DNA of 64,000 bases, from contig JBNMNO010000002.1 in NCBI GenBank assembly GCA_051275695.1, positions 38 to 64,037 of the forward strand, in the 5' to 3' direction. Shown here piece after piece: positions 30,012 through 40,944 of this stretch (position 1 is the stretch's first letter; the number at the start of each line of letters is the position of its first letter). Made by a program: the position numbers and the translations under genes. Under the pieces are notes generated by a model that was not told the origin of the DNA, ran no database searches, and was given only the letters and a program-made list of their open reading frames with translations. This stretch comes from Mariniflexile sp. (GTDB lineage: Bacteria; Bacteroidota; Bacteroidia; Flavobacteriales; Flavobacteriaceae).

Positions 30012-31595
30012 ATGAACCTTAAGTTAGTCAACAATTTATTTAAAACAGTTCTTTTTTTAACAGGTCTTCTACTAACCATTTCTATTTGTCACTCCCAAAA
30101 TAACGCTAAGAAAGAAATTAGACCAAACATACTCTTTATCATGTCTGACGATCATACTTCACAGGCCTGGGGAATTTATGGAGGCATTTTAAAAGATTAT
30201 GTTCAAGCTTCTAATATCTCACGATTAGCAGATGAAGGAGTTGTTTTAAACAATGTATTTTGCACCAATTCTATTTGTGTACCAAGTAGAGCCTCAATAT
30301 TAACAGGCCAATACAGTAATAAAAACGGTGTGTACACCCTAAGTGATGCTTTAGAACCAGATTCTTTAAATATTGCGAAAGTTTTACATAAAAACGGATA
30401 TACAACTGCTATTATAGGTAAATGGCATTTAAAGAAGGAACCTACTGGCTTTGATTATTACAATGTTTTACATGATCAAGGGAGATATTGGGATCCTATT
30501 CTGAAAACCGCCGATAATTTTTATAAAAACCCTGAAGAATGGGATATTCATAAAGGTTTTTCTACCGATGTTATCACTGACCTCTCCATACAGTGGTTAG
30601 AAAAAAGAACAGGTGACAAACCGTTTTTGTTAATGACTCATTTTAAAGCAACTCATGAACCCTTTGATTATCCTGATAGATACAAGGACTTATATAAAGG
30701 TATTGAAATCCCAGAACCTCAATCTTTATTTGATTTTTCACCCAAAACTACAGGAAGAAGTTTTAAAGGTCAGAAGCTAGAAAATTTAGGATGGCGTTAT
30801 GAACAAGCCTCAAATGCCCCTGATAAATGGTGGTGTGAATACCCAGGACTTCCATTTTACACCAAAGGCATGGATAGCATGGAAGCAAGAAAACAAATTT
30901 ACCAGAAATTCGTAAAAGATTTCATGAGATCTGGGGCAGCCATTGATGATAACATTGGAAAAATACTGGACTATTTAGAAAAATCAGGATTGGCTGAAAA
31001 TACGGTAGTAATCTATACAGCAGATCAGGGTTATTTTTTAGGAGAACATGGCTTTTTCGACAAACGCCTTATTTATGATGAATCTTTAAGAATGCCTTTT
31101 GTTATGCGTTACCCAAAAGAAATACCTGCTGGAAAACGATTGGATGATATTATTTTAAATATAGATTTTCCAGCACTCTTTGCTGATTATGCCGGTATTG
31201 AAACTCCCAAATCTATGCAAGGAAAAAGTTTTAGACAAAATTTAAATGGTAAAACTCCTGATGATTGGAGAACAACTGCTTATTACAGATATTGGCAGCA
31301 TTATCCAGAAAGACCCGGACATTTTGGGATTAGAAATTCTAATTATAAATTAGCTTTTTTTTATGGACAATCACTTGATATGACAGGCTCATCAGATGAA
31401 ACCTCGAAACCTGCTTGGGAATTTTATGATATGATTAAAGACCCCAACGAAAATCACAATGCATATAATAACCCCGTATACAAAGAAATTATTTCGGAGA
31501 TGAAAGTAGAATTGAAACGACAACGTGATTTGGTTGATGATACAGATACCAAGTATCCAGTTATGCAAGAACTATTTAATAAAAAATGGAATTAA
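30012..31595 (+). CDS. S1 sulfatase, S1_11-like (GlcNAc-6-sulfatase type)
   Basis: IMSDDH, FCTNSICVPSRASILTG, GKWHL, DQGYFLGEHGFFDKR and WRT.AYYRY. Confidence 0.88.
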   Translation: MNLKLVNNLFKTVLFLTGLLLTISICHSQNNAKKEIRPNILFIMSDDHTSQAWGIYGGILKDYVQASNISRLADEGVVLNNVFCTNSICVPSRASILTGQYSNKNGVYTLSDALEPDSLNIAKVLHKNGYTTAIIGKWHLKKEPTGFDYYNVLHDQGRYWDPILKTADNFYKNPEEWDIHKGFSTDVITDLSIQWLEKRTGDKPFLLMTHFKATHEPFDYPDRYKDLYKGIEIPEPQSLFDFSPKTTGRSFKGQKLENLGWRYEQASNAPDKWWCEYPGLPFYTKGMDSMEARKQIYQKFVKDFMRSGAAIDDNIGKILDYLEKSGLAENTVVIYTADQGYFLGEHGFFDKRLIYDESLRMPFVMRYPKEIPAGKRLDDIILNIDFPALFADYAGIETPKSMQGKSFRQNLNGKTPDDWRTTAYYRYWQHYPERPGHFGIRNSNYKLAFFYGQSLDMTGSSDETSKPAWEFYDMIKDPNENHNAYNNPVYKEIISEMKVELKRQRDLVDDTDTKYPVMQELFNKKWN

Positions 31596-31699
31596 AAAAC
31601 AATAAGGGCACTATGTTGACATAGACAATTAACACCCCCTAATCAAATACTCACAAACATTTGGTGGATTTGATTCATTATTAAATAATTAGCGATTAA

Positions 31700-34021
31700 C
31701 TATTCAGTACTCAATGAATAGGGCACATTTTCTAATTCACTTCCCCAATTTTTATTTGGTGTTTCTCCTAAATTAAATTGTAATTCACCACCATTTTGAA
31801 TAGTTTCAAATTTTAAGAAGTTATTTTCATAATCCTTTCCATTTAAATTTGCAGATTGTATATAAAAATTATCCACTGAATTATGTTTAGTCTTAATGGT
31901 GAATTTATTTCCGTTCTTCAAAGTTATTGTTGCTTTATTAAATAGCGGACTTCCAATTACATACTCATCAGATCCTGGAGTTACAGGATAAAAGCCTAAA
32001 GAACTAAACACATACCAAGCTGAAGTTTGTCCGTTATCCTCATCTCCGCAATATCCATCTGGTGTTGCTGAGTACAGTTTTGTAAGGACTTCTCTCACTC
32101 GCGCTTGTGCTTTGTAGGGCACATTTGCGTAATTATATAAATAAATCATATGCTGAATTGGTTGATTACCGTGCGCATAATTCCCCATATTCACAATCTG
32201 CATTTCTCTAATTTCGTGAATAGTTTGTCCATAATAAGAATCGTCAAATTTTGGAGGCATTTCAAAAACCTCATCTAATTTTGAAACGAATTTTTCTTTA
32301 CCGCCCATCAAATCTATCAATCCTTGAACATCATGAAAAACAGACCAGGTATAATGTAAACTATTTCCTTCTGTAAATGCATCACCCCATTTTAATGGAT
32401 TAAACGGTGTTTGAAAACTACCGTCTTCATTCTTACCTCTCATTAAATTGGTTGAAGGATCAAAGAGGTTCTTGTAATTTAAAGCTTTTTTAAAAAAAGT
32501 ATCAGCTAATTCTTTCTTCCCTAGTTTCTGAGTCATTTTTGCGATGGTAAAGTCTGCAAAAGCATATTCCAAAGTACGTGCTGCATTTTCATTAATTCCA
32601 ACATTGTAGGGAACATAACCTAATGTATTGTAATAATCAACACCTGCTCTTCCAACAGATGTCATCGGGCGTCCTTCATTTACATTAGCATTTTTTAACA
32701 CAGCTTCAAGCAAAATGGCAACATCCTTTTTGTTCATATTTCCTTTTAAATAAGCGTCAGCAATAATGGTTGCCGAATTTGAGCCCACCATGCAATCCCT
32801 ATGCCCTGGACTAGCCCATTCTGGTAACCAACCTGATTCTTTGTAGGTGTTTGCTAAACCTTCCATTATATGGCTATTCAATTCTGGATACATCATATTA
32901 AAAAAAGGAAACACGGCTCTAAACGTATCCCAAAACCCGTTATCTGTAAACATGTAGCCCTTTAACACTTCTCCGTTGTATGGACTGTAATGAACAATCT
33001 CATTATTAGCATCAAACTCATAAAACTTTCTAGGGAATAATAATACTCTGTATAAACTAGAATAAAATGTTTTTATATGATCTAAATTATCATCTTCAAT
33101 TTGAATTCTGGTTAATTCCGTTTCCCAAGCCTGTTTTGCCTTTTCCTTAGTTTGCTCAAAAGTATCTTTTCCAATTTCTCTAGATAAATTTAACTGGGCT
33201 TGCTCTGGACTTATAAATGAAGAGGCTACTTTTACATGAACGATTTCGCCTTTTTTTGTTTTAAAACCAATAATTGCCCCTACGTGATTTCCCTCACTAT
33301 CTGTTGAATTTTCTATCAAGTTCCAACCATCATTCCAAGTATGATTTACTTCAAAATCCTTGTCAAATTCAGCAACAAAATAGTTATGGAAATTCTCTGG
33401 AACACCACCACTATTATTTCTACAATACCCTATAATTTTGCGCTCTTCCGGAATAATTTTAACCATTGAACCTTGAAAAAAAGCATCAAGCATAATATAG
33501 GATTCGTCTGATTTCGGAAAAGTAAATTTAAAATGTGCAGCTCTCTCTGTTGGAGACACTTCGGCTACCACATCATAATCCGCTAAATACACCGAGTAGA
33601 AATAAGGTTTTACTGTTTCTACTTTATGTGAAAACCAAGATTCTCGTTCATCTTCTTGAAATTTTAAATCGCCAGTTACAGCCATCAAAGAAAAGGCAGC
33701 GTAATCATTAATCCACGGACTTGGCTGATGCGTTTGTTTTATACCTCTTATTTTCGGGCTATCGTATTTATAGGTCCATCCATCACCCATTTTTGAAGTC
33801 ATTGGAGTCCAAAAATTCATTGCCCAAGGTGTAGCAATTGCTGGATAGGTATTTCCATTTGACAAACTATAATCGGAATCCGTTCCCATTAATGGATTCA
33901 CATAATCTACCACATATGTTGCCTTTTCAGCAATGTTAATTTGATCATTTCCGTTATCTACACAAGAAAAAATAACTACAAATAAAAAGGTTAGTACTGT
34001 TTTTAGAACGGTTTTTATCAT
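31700..34021 (-). CDS. GH92 alpha-1,2-mannosidase (BT3990-like)
   Basis: THQPSPWINDY, TDNGFWDTFR, IHEIREM (His-Glu motif), HGNQP and CGDEDNGQ. Confidence 0.9.
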   Translation of the reverse strand: MIKTVLKTVLTFLFVVIFSCVDNGNDQINIAEKATYVVDYVNPLMGTDSDYSLSNGNTYPAIATPWAMNFWTPMTSKMGDGWTYKYDSPKIRGIKQTHQPSPWINDYAAFSLMAVTGDLKFQEDERESWFSHKVETVKPYFYSVYLADYDVVAEVSPTERAAHFKFTFPKSDESYIMLDAFFQGSMVKIIPEERKIIGYCRNNSGGVPENFHNYFVAEFDKDFEVNHTWNDGWNLIENSTDSEGNHVGAIIGFKTKKGEIVHVKVASSFISPEQAQLNLSREIGKDTFEQTKEKAKQAWETELTRIQIEDDNLDHIKTFYSSLYRVLLFPRKFYEFDANNEIVHYSPYNGEVLKGYMFTDNGFWDTFRAVFPFFNMMYPELNSHIMEGLANTYKESGWLPEWASPGHRDCMVGSNSATIIADAYLKGNMNKKDVAILLEAVLKNANVNEGRPMTSVGRAGVDYYNTLGYVPYNVGINENAARTLEYAFADFTIAKMTQKLGKKELADTFFKKALNYKNLFDPSTNLMRGKNEDGSFQTPFNPLKWGDAFTEGNSLHYTWSVFHDVQGLIDLMGGKEKFVSKLDEVFEMPPKFDDSYYGQTIHEIREMQIVNMGNYAHGNQPIQHMIYLYNYANVPYKAQARVREVLTKLYSATPDGYCGDEDNGQTSAWYVFSSLGFYPVTPGSDEYVIGSPLFNKATITLKNGNKFTIKTKHNSVDNFYIQSANLNGKDYENNFLKFETIQNGGELQFNLGETPNKNWGSELENVPYSLSTE

Positions 34022-34028
34022 AATTTAA

Positions 34029-35396
34029 TTAATTTAATTCAACAGCATTTCCATGCCCTCTATATAATTTTAAAGCATCTTCCAATTCAACTTCTACTAA
34101 AGTCACATAGCTATTAATATTTTTATCCTGTGGAATTTCAATTCTTAAAATACCGGGAATATTATTCCAAGCAGCTCCTCCATTTCTTTCAAAACTCAAT
34201 TCCTGATTGCTGCCAACAACTTTAATAGATTTTACTTTATTCTGAATGCCTTTTAACGAAATATAGTTTTTAGGGGCATCAAATAAGCATAAATATATTT
34301 TAGTTTCATCCTTACTCAATAAAGTTGGACCATAAAAATGACCATAAGGCAATCCTGCCTTGGTTTCAAAAACAGCTTTTTCATGTTTTTTTATCCAATT
34401 CCCTAAGGCTTCTAATCGTTTTATTTGCTCAGAATCAATAGTCCCGTCTGGTTTAGGCCCTATATTTAACAACAAATTACCCCCTGAGGCTATCACTTCG
34501 ACAAATGTTCTGATAATTTGCGAAATAGGTTTGTAATTGGTGTCTGATGGATAATACCCCCAATTATCATTCATAGTCATACAAAACTCCCAAGGCCCTT
34601 GAGGTGTATCTATTGGAATACCTTGTTCTGGGGTACTATAATCTCCGTATGTTTTAAGTCTCGAGTTAACAATTACTTTAGGATTCCAAGACAATAATGA
34701 ATCTTTTAAAGATTGTGCTTGCCATTGTTCGCTAGATTTTTCCCAATCACCATCAAACCAATATAAATCTGGTTTAAAATTGTCACTTAGCTCCTTTAAC
34801 TGCCCTTGGTAAAACCTCACAAAACGCTGCCATTTGGATAGCTCATTTTGTCCTTTTTGAGGATAGTCATTTTGCGTATTGGGTCTTGGAAAAACGACAT
34901 TATAATCTGGATGAGACCAATCGCACAAAGAATAATACAGCCCAACTTTTATATTTTCTTGTCTTAACGCCTCAACAAATGGTGCCACTAAATCTCTTTT
35001 CGCAGGTGTTTTTTCCTTTACATTCAACTTGCTTAATTTAGTGTCCCATAAGGCCACGCCATCATGGTGTTTTGTAGTTAGCACCGCATAACGAGCTCCA
35101 GTTTTTTTGAATAGTTTTGCCCATTTTTCAGGATTGTAATTAGCTGCAGTAAACTGCTCTCCTTGATACATATAATCGTCATAGGAAATTTGTTTATGAT
35201 ACATGGACCAAGACTCACCGATGCCATTAACCCCATAATATCCCCAATGAATAAAAATACCAAGTTTTGCATCCTTAAACCACGCTAAACGCACTTCTTT
35301 ATAAGGATCGTTATTTTGACCATTCACTATGCCATTAAGGAAAATTAAAAAGAAGAATGCTACCAATCTCTTATTAAACATATTTTTTACTACCAT
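34029..35396 (-). CDS. GH29 alpha-L-fucosidase (second)
   Basis: KLGIFIHWG, TTKHHDG, YWFDGDW, STPEQ and GGNLLLNIGP. The true start may be 35381. Confidence 0.92.
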   Translation of the reverse strand: MVVKNMFNKRLVAFFFLIFLNGIVNGQNNDPYKEVRLAWFKDAKLGIFIHWGYYGVNGIGESWSMYHKQISYDDYMYQGEQFTAANYNPEKWAKLFKKTGARYAVLTTKHHDGVALWDTKLSKLNVKEKTPAKRDLVAPFVEALRQENIKVGLYYSLCDWSHPDYNVVFPRPNTQNDYPQKGQNELSKWQRFVRFYQGQLKELSDNFKPDLYWFDGDWEKSSEQWQAQSLKDSLLSWNPKVIVNSRLKTYGDYSTPEQGIPIDTPQGPWEFCMTMNDNWGYYPSDTNYKPISQIIRTFVEVIASGGNLLLNIGPKPDGTIDSEQIKRLEALGNWIKKHEKAVFETKAGLPYGHFYGPTLLSKDETKIYLCLFDAPKNYISLKGIQNKVKSIKVVGSNQELSFERNGGAAWNNIPGILRIEIPQDKNINSYVTLVEVELEDALKLYRGHGNAVELN

Positions 35397-37519
35397 AAAA
35401 ATATTTCATCAACAAAAATCCATGGTGCTTTACCAGCTCCTTCATGCCATTTGGGTAAAACTTTAGGGTTTTCAATTATTATTTTAAAAAATTGGGCTTT
35501 AGTATTTGGTATAGGCAATGTAAATCTTTTAATTTGAGCGTCTCGGTATACATTTGCCTTATTAATTTTTAATTCTCCTATTTTCTCAAAGTTAGCGTGT
35601 TCATTATTGGATGCATATACTTTCAATGTAGTTGGAAACAAAATCCAATCTTGAGTTTTCTCCAAACAATTCATAGAAATATGATCAACCGTCTTAATCA
35701 CTCCCAAATTAATCGTAGTGTTCAAATCATATCCTAAATAACCCGTCCATTTTCCATCTTTAAAAGAGATACTTCCTGCTTCTAAATCAAATAATTTTTT
35801 GGCATTAGGATAGCGTACCTCTGGTTTGTTTACTATCGTGAAATTATTTATTTTATGTTTAACTTTAAAATAATCGCGTTCAACAACATCACTTGGCAAC
35901 CATCCTTTTTTTAAAGCTCTAACCTTAAATATTTTGTTGTCCTTCACCCTTATTTCGTTGCTATAAAGTGCACTTGTAGAATCTGGATTTTCTCCATTTA
36001 GTGTATATTGTAGTTCTGCATTCCGTGTATTTGTTTTAATACTTATAATAACAGAATCTGTGAAAAAAGTGTTTTCCGGGGTTATTATAGGCATTTGTAA
36101 TTTAGTCTTCTCAATAAAGCCACTGGCTATACCATTATGAATTTGAATAGCGTACTTTTTTTGAAGACGATTAGCAGTCTCCAATCTAACTTTTGTCTTC
36201 CAAGTATAAATTTGTGCTGGTGTAACAGACTTTAATAATTCCTCTAAACCATAATCAGTTACTTTTGTATTAAAAAGATTAAGCACATCAAGATTATCTA
36301 AATTTTTAATGTTTTCAAGTGTTTCATCTGTTATTTTTGTGTTATCAAGCCTTAACATTTTTAAGTTTTCCAATCCTTTAAGAACCCCAGACATTTGATC
36401 GGCCAAATTGGTGTTACTTAAGTCGAGCTCTATAATTTGATTTTTCAAATTGGAAAGGGTATTTATATCACTTTTTTCGATTGTTTTTTTTGTAAACTTC
36501 ACACTTAATCCAGAAGCTCCCGGAACTATCTCTTTAACCATAAATCCGGCCTCTTGAGCTTTAATCACCTCCCTTTTTGATGCTTTTGGAATAACAATCT
36601 TATCAAAAATAAGATACTTTTTTAACACGTTATTAAGTGTGTCATTTTGAGACATATTATCAACATAATCGTCGAACTTAACACCAGTATCAATCCAATA
36701 CTTAAGCAGCCGAATCTCATCTTTTGTTAATTGTGCTTTACCTTCTGGAGGCATATGCTTTTTATTAGAAATAGGCAATACTAGTTGTTTATACAGTAAG
36801 CTCTCTTTAGAATTTCCTATTACTATAGCATCCCCGTTTTCACCACCTTTTAAAATGTTTTCTTTTGAAATTAAAGAAAGCTCCCCTTTTTTCTTTGTTG
36901 AATTATGGCATTGAATACATTTACTATCCAATATTTTGACAATAACATCATTGTAAATTTTAAGGCTATCAACAACTTTTATCGTTCTTGATTTTTCAGG
37001 AACACTTAAATATTCCGTTAAAAAATTTTCCCCATGGGTTAATACACTTCCATAATGCCCCGTAACACTAATACTTACCAATGTTATAATGAATAGGGGT
37101 AGAAACATTTTTTTTGCTTCTTTAGATTTTAATAAAGACATTATGAAAAGTAGCAGTGTTAGTGCAGCTGTTAATATACCTGTCCAAAAATGAATATCTA
37201 AAATATTTTTTCCATAACCTCCTTCAAATGAAAGAAAATACCCCAATATACAGGTTAAGAAAGCAAAAAAGGAAGAAAATCCTAAAGCATATATAATTAC
37301 CAGCCTAGGATAATCCTTTTGAAAGCGTCCTGTAATATCTAAAAAAAAAGTAACCAACAATGCCCCTATTGGTAAATGCAACAGTAATGGGTGAAATCTA
37401 CCAAAAAAAAAGACCATCTTTGGAATCTCTTCTAGATTTGATATATTTACTAATAGAATACCACATAAAACTACAAGAAGCACTAAAGCTGCTCCGTATT
37501 TTTGTATAATTGTTTTCAT
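35390..37519 (-). CDS. Membrane (DUF2231-like) + planctomycete-type cytochrome c + LRR + FN3-associated + discoidin-like protein
   Basis: TM region with conserved His residues (GRFHPLLLHLPIG, IHFW, TGHYGSVLTHG), heme motif CIQCH with MPP, LxLxNT repeats, YTLNG.P and a terminal WIFVDE. Confidence 0.8.
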   Translation of the reverse strand: MKTIIQKYGAALVLLVVLCGILLVNISNLEEIPKMVFFFGRFHPLLLHLPIGALLVTFFLDITGRFQKDYPRLVIIYALGFSSFFAFLTCILGYFLSFEGGYGKNILDIHFWTGILTAALTLLLFIMSLLKSKEAKKMFLPLFIITLVSISVTGHYGSVLTHGENFLTEYLSVPEKSRTIKVVDSLKIYNDVIVKILDSKCIQCHNSTKKKGELSLISKENILKGGENGDAIVIGNSKESLLYKQLVLPISNKKHMPPEGKAQLTKDEIRLLKYWIDTGVKFDDYVDNMSQNDTLNNVLKKYLIFDKIVIPKASKREVIKAQEAGFMVKEIVPGASGLSVKFTKKTIEKSDINTLSNLKNQIIELDLSNTNLADQMSGVLKGLENLKMLRLDNTKITDETLENIKNLDNLDVLNLFNTKVTDYGLEELLKSVTPAQIYTWKTKVRLETANRLQKKYAIQIHNGIASGFIEKTKLQMPIITPENTFFTDSVIISIKTNTRNAELQYTLNGENPDSTSALYSNEIRVKDNKIFKVRALKKGWLPSDVVERDYFKVKHKINNFTIVNKPEVRYPNAKKLFDLEAGSISFKDGKWTGYLGYDLNTTINLGVIKTVDHISMNCLEKTQDWILFPTTLKVYASNNEHANFEKIGELKINKANVYRDAQIKRFTLPIPNTKAQFFKIIIENPKVLPKWHEGAGKAPWIFVDEIFLW

Positions 37520-37630
37520 GTAACTATATCAATTGTTTGTGTTTTGTCATACTTTGACTGTGCTCAACACAGGGGTACAACATCCATTTAATTTCTTCAG
37601 TCCACATCGAATCTTTATTTCTGGTTTTCA

Positions 37631-38431
37631 TCAATTAAAAATCCATTCATCCATAAATAACCAGGCCCTATTACCGCTTCCATCATGCCATTTGGGTATG
37701 GATTGTAAATTGTTTATCTCTAATCGGATTGATTTTACTTCTCTATTTATTTCTAAATTTATATTACCCATTTCACTTGGCACCATATTGAGCATTTCAT
37801 TTATTTGAGATGTTATTTTATCAGAACTTTTATCTGTATCGTCTATGTATACTATAATTTCTGATGGTGGAAAAATCCATGATTGTGGATCGCTCAAAAA
37901 CCCAATATCAATACTTTTTATCATAGTTTTATCTTTAAAAACAACTTTAGCATTAACAATAGAATCAAATCCTACCCATTGTGGGTTATTGAACGGTAAA
38001 GCTGCTTTTTTTTGATTAATCAAGGTTAAAGAACCTTCCCCCTTGTACTTCATATTCTCTTTAGAAAACCAAATAATTTCATCTGGCACATGTCCTTTTT
38101 TGTAAAAAGTCATGGTTGATGTTTCACTCGCTTTCCAATTAGCATGAAAGGCTCTAAACTTATAAGTATTATTTTCTGTGACTTTAAACGGGGCCTTATA
38201 TTTTACAGATGATGTTGTAGGTTGACTACCATCGGACGTGTAATAAATGTCTGCATCTTCTATACCCAAATCAACTTTAACAATAACAAATGAATCGATA
38301 ATAGTGTTTGCCCTCTGAATTCTTGGTTGTGCAAGACTTATTTGATTTTGTTGTAAAAACAACTCTTGATATGGCCTTTTGCAGCCTAAGAGCAATAAAA
38401 TAATTAAAACCCATAATAATTCCCCTTTCAT
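37631..38431 (-). CDS. Lipoprotein with FN3-associated (chitobiase C-terminal-like) and discoidin-like domains
   Basis: Start at 38431 (ATGA overlap with the upstream stop), lipobox LLGC, IYYTSDGSQP and a terminal WLFMDE. Confidence 0.7.
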   Translation of the reverse strand: MKGELLWVLIILLLLGCKRPYQELFLQQNQISLAQPRIQRANTIIDSFVIVKVDLGIEDADIYYTSDGSQPTTSSVKYKAPFKVTENNTYKFRAFHANWKASETSTMTFYKKGHVPDEIIWFSKENMKYKGEGSLTLINQKKAALPFNNPQWVGFDSIVNAKVVFKDKTMIKSIDIGFLSDPQSWIFPPSEIIVYIDDTDKSSDKITSQINEMLNMVPSEMGNINLEINREVKSIRLEINNLQSIPKWHDGSGNRAWLFMDEWIFN

Positions 38432-39471
38432 ACTCTTACTAATTTTATAGGATAGGTCTGACCAGAATTCCATTGAGCAACATATACATTTTCGTCATCA
38501 TCAATACACACATCATGCGGGTGTTTGAATAACTTAATAGTTTGATATAAGTCTTCTAATTGATTTTCTTTATAGGAGGGTGCTGTTGCTCCAGGGCAGG
38601 AAACCACTTCATTTTTTTCATTCATAATCAATAAAAAACCTGAATCGTCATTTGGCGCTTCTTTAGATTTTAAGACCGCAAAATAAATGTCATTTTTATG
38701 AATGACAGGGCGACAAATTAATGCTCCTGGAACTTTAACAGATGAGATATAATCACCATCTAAACTAAATCTTTTTAAAACATTCAATTCTCTTGCAGAA
38801 ATCAAAATTGAAGGATTCCTTTTATCTCTATTATCATAACATATTCCATGAGCATTTAAAAACTGTCCATCCTCAGTACCTCTCCCTCCAAAAATATTAA
38901 GCAATTCTCCTTTATGATTATAATGCGTAATATATTGGTTACCATAGCCATCAGCCACATAGAAATCACCATTTTCTAAAACCGTAGTTTCCGTTGGTTT
39001 GAATTCTTCTTTACTCTTATACTTTCCTGTATCTGCAGGATAATCTATCTCAAATATTACTTTTCCATCAATAGTAGTTTTGATAATTTGATGTCTTTCA
39101 TAATCTGTTATTAACAGCAAATCTTCTCCATTTTCTTTAACCAAAGTTAGACCATGGGCTCCAGGGTAATTAGTCCCCCAAGTTTCTAGCAACTTGCCGG
39201 ACTTGTCATAAATAATAACATTATTTTTTATGTGATTTGTTAAAAGGACTATTCTTCCTTTTGAGTCTTGAACCATTTCATGACAATCTTTAACAGGTGT
39301 TTGCAATGGGTCTAAATTACCCCAGTTCATATTTACCTTATATTTATGGGTATTATGACCAACAATAACATCGTTCAAATTATTAAATGAAAATGCATTA
39401 CTAAAAGCTGGATACGCCAAAACACCCATGGTTAGAAAAGATGATTGTTTTAAAAATTTTCTACGGCTCAT
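38428..39471 (-). CDS. Tat-exported NHL-repeat 6-bladed beta-propeller (peptidylglycine lyase-like)
   Basis: MSRRKFLK Tat motif, DCHEM, AHGL, FKPTET, YVADGYG, NAHGI and HPHDV. Confidence 0.8.
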   Translation of the reverse strand: MSRRKFLKQSSFLTMGVLAYPAFSNAFSFNNLNDVIVGHNTHKYKVNMNWGNLDPLQTPVKDCHEMVQDSKGRIVLLTNHIKNNVIIYDKSGKLLETWGTNYPGAHGLTLVKENGEDLLLITDYERHQIIKTTIDGKVIFEIDYPADTGKYKSKEEFKPTETTVLENGDFYVADGYGNQYITHYNHKGELLNIFGGRGTEDGQFLNAHGICYDNRDKRNPSILISARELNVLKRFSLDGDYISSVKVPGALICRPVIHKNDIYFAVLKSKEAPNDDSGFLLIMNEKNEVVSCPGATAPSYKENQLEDLYQTIKLFKHPHDVCIDDDENVYVAQWNSGQTYPIKLVRV

Positions 39472-39482
39472 TAAAACTGATA

Positions 39483-40940
39483 TTAAGTTAATACATCATG
39501 AACAACATGACCTGACACATCTGTTAATCTAAATCTTCGCCCTTGGTGTTTATATGTGAATTTAGTATGGTCTACACCCATTAAATGCATCATGGTGGCT
39601 TGTAAGTCATGAACATGCATAGGGTCTTTTACAATGTTATACCCAAAATCATCGGTTTCTCCATAAGTAAATCCTGGTTTAACACCACCTCCAGCCATAA
39701 ACATGGTGAAACATTTTGGATGGTGATCTCTACCGTAATTAGTAGCTGTTAAAGTGCCTTGACTATAATTTGTTCTTCCAAATTCACCACCCCAAACAAC
39801 TAAAGTATCTTCAAGCAATCCTCTTTGTTTTAAATCTGTAATTAATGCCGCAGTAGCTTGATCAATATCTTTTGCTTGTTTTTCTATTTGACTTGGTAAA
39901 TCTGCATGTTGATCCCATCCCATATGATATAATTGAACAAATCTTACATCTTTTTCAACTAAGCGTCTTGCTAATAAACAATTTGCTGCATAGGTTCCGG
40001 GAACCCTAGAATCTGCACCGTACATTTGAATAATGTGTTCAGGTTCTTCGTCAATATTCATAGTTTCTGGAACAGATGTTTGCATACGATAAGCCATTTC
40101 ATATTGGGCAATTCTACTATTTATCTCAGGATCTCCAAACTCTGATTCTTGCTTGTGATTTAAATCACTTATATAATCCAACATTTTCCGTCGTTCCTCT
40201 CTTGACATACCTTCGGGGTCTTTAAGGTATAATACTGGGTCTTTACCCGAACGGAATTGGACGCCTTGGTGCAATGAACTTAAGAATCCGTTTCCCCAAA
40301 GTCTTGAATATAATGGCTGTGAGAATGGTCTACCCGTACCTCTTGATAATAATACTGTAAAAGTTGGTAAGTTGTTATTTAAACTACCCAATCCATAACT
40401 CATCCATGATCCAATACTTGGTCTACCAGCTTGCTGCGACCCTGTTTGGAAAAAGGTTATTGCTGGGTCATGGTTAATAGCCTCTGTATGCATTGATTTA
40501 ACAAAACAAAGATCATCAACAATTTTTGCTGTATAGGGCATTAAATCGCTTACCCAGGCTCTAGATTCTCCATATTGATTGAACTTAAAATTACTCCCCA
40601 CTAAAGGAAAACTTGATTGACCAGAAGTCATGCCTGTTAGACGTTGCCCTTTTCTCACAGAGTCTGGCAAATCTTCCCCTCGCATTTTATTTAGTAAAGG
40701 TTTATGATCGAACATTTCTAGTTGCGACGGGCCTCCACTTTGAAAAAGATAGATAACTCGTTTTGCCTTTGGAGCAAAATGTGGCAAATTCATTCCTGCC
40801 AAAGGTGAATCTGCGGCTTCAACCAAAGAAGAAAAAGGATCTAACAAAGATGCAGCGGCTAATCCACCAACACCTAAGCCTACTTTTTTTAGAAAATGAC
40901 GCCTATTATTGTTGATAAAATGTTTTGATAATTCTTCCAT
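39483..40940 (-). CDS. DUF1501 protein (Tat-exported, sulfatase/alkaline-phosphatase-like fold)
   Basis: NRRHFLK Tat motif, PKAKRVIYLFQSGGPSQ, NHDPA, WDQH, WGGEFGRT, GRDHHP and HVHDLQAT. Confidence 0.9.
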   Translation of the reverse strand: MEELSKHFINNNRRHFLKKVGLGVGGLAAASLLDPFSSLVEAADSPLAGMNLPHFAPKAKRVIYLFQSGGPSQLEMFDHKPLLNKMRGEDLPDSVRKGQRLTGMTSGQSSFPLVGSNFKFNQYGESRAWVSDLMPYTAKIVDDLCFVKSMHTEAINHDPAITFFQTGSQQAGRPSIGSWMSYGLGSLNNNLPTFTVLLSRGTGRPFSQPLYSRLWGNGFLSSLHQGVQFRSGKDPVLYLKDPEGMSREERRKMLDYISDLNHKQESEFGDPEINSRIAQYEMAYRMQTSVPETMNIDEEPEHIIQMYGADSRVPGTYAANCLLARRLVEKDVRFVQLYHMGWDQHADLPSQIEKQAKDIDQATAALITDLKQRGLLEDTLVVWGGEFGRTNYSQGTLTATNYGRDHHPKCFTMFMAGGGVKPGFTYGETDDFGYNIVKDPMHVHDLQATMMHLMGVDHTKFTYKHQGRRFRLTDVSGHVVHDVLT

Positions 40941-40944
40941 TGTT

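Noticed and set aside
31606-31680. ggcactatgttgacatag palindrome and nearby hairpin as a possible IS end
   Set aside because: There is no partner inverted repeat or transposase. It is more simply a terminator region between convergent genes.
37552-37573. ctttgactgtgctcaacacagg, resembling a flavobacterial REP-like repeat
   Set aside because: Only a single degenerate copy is in the window, so it cannot be supported without the rest of the genome.
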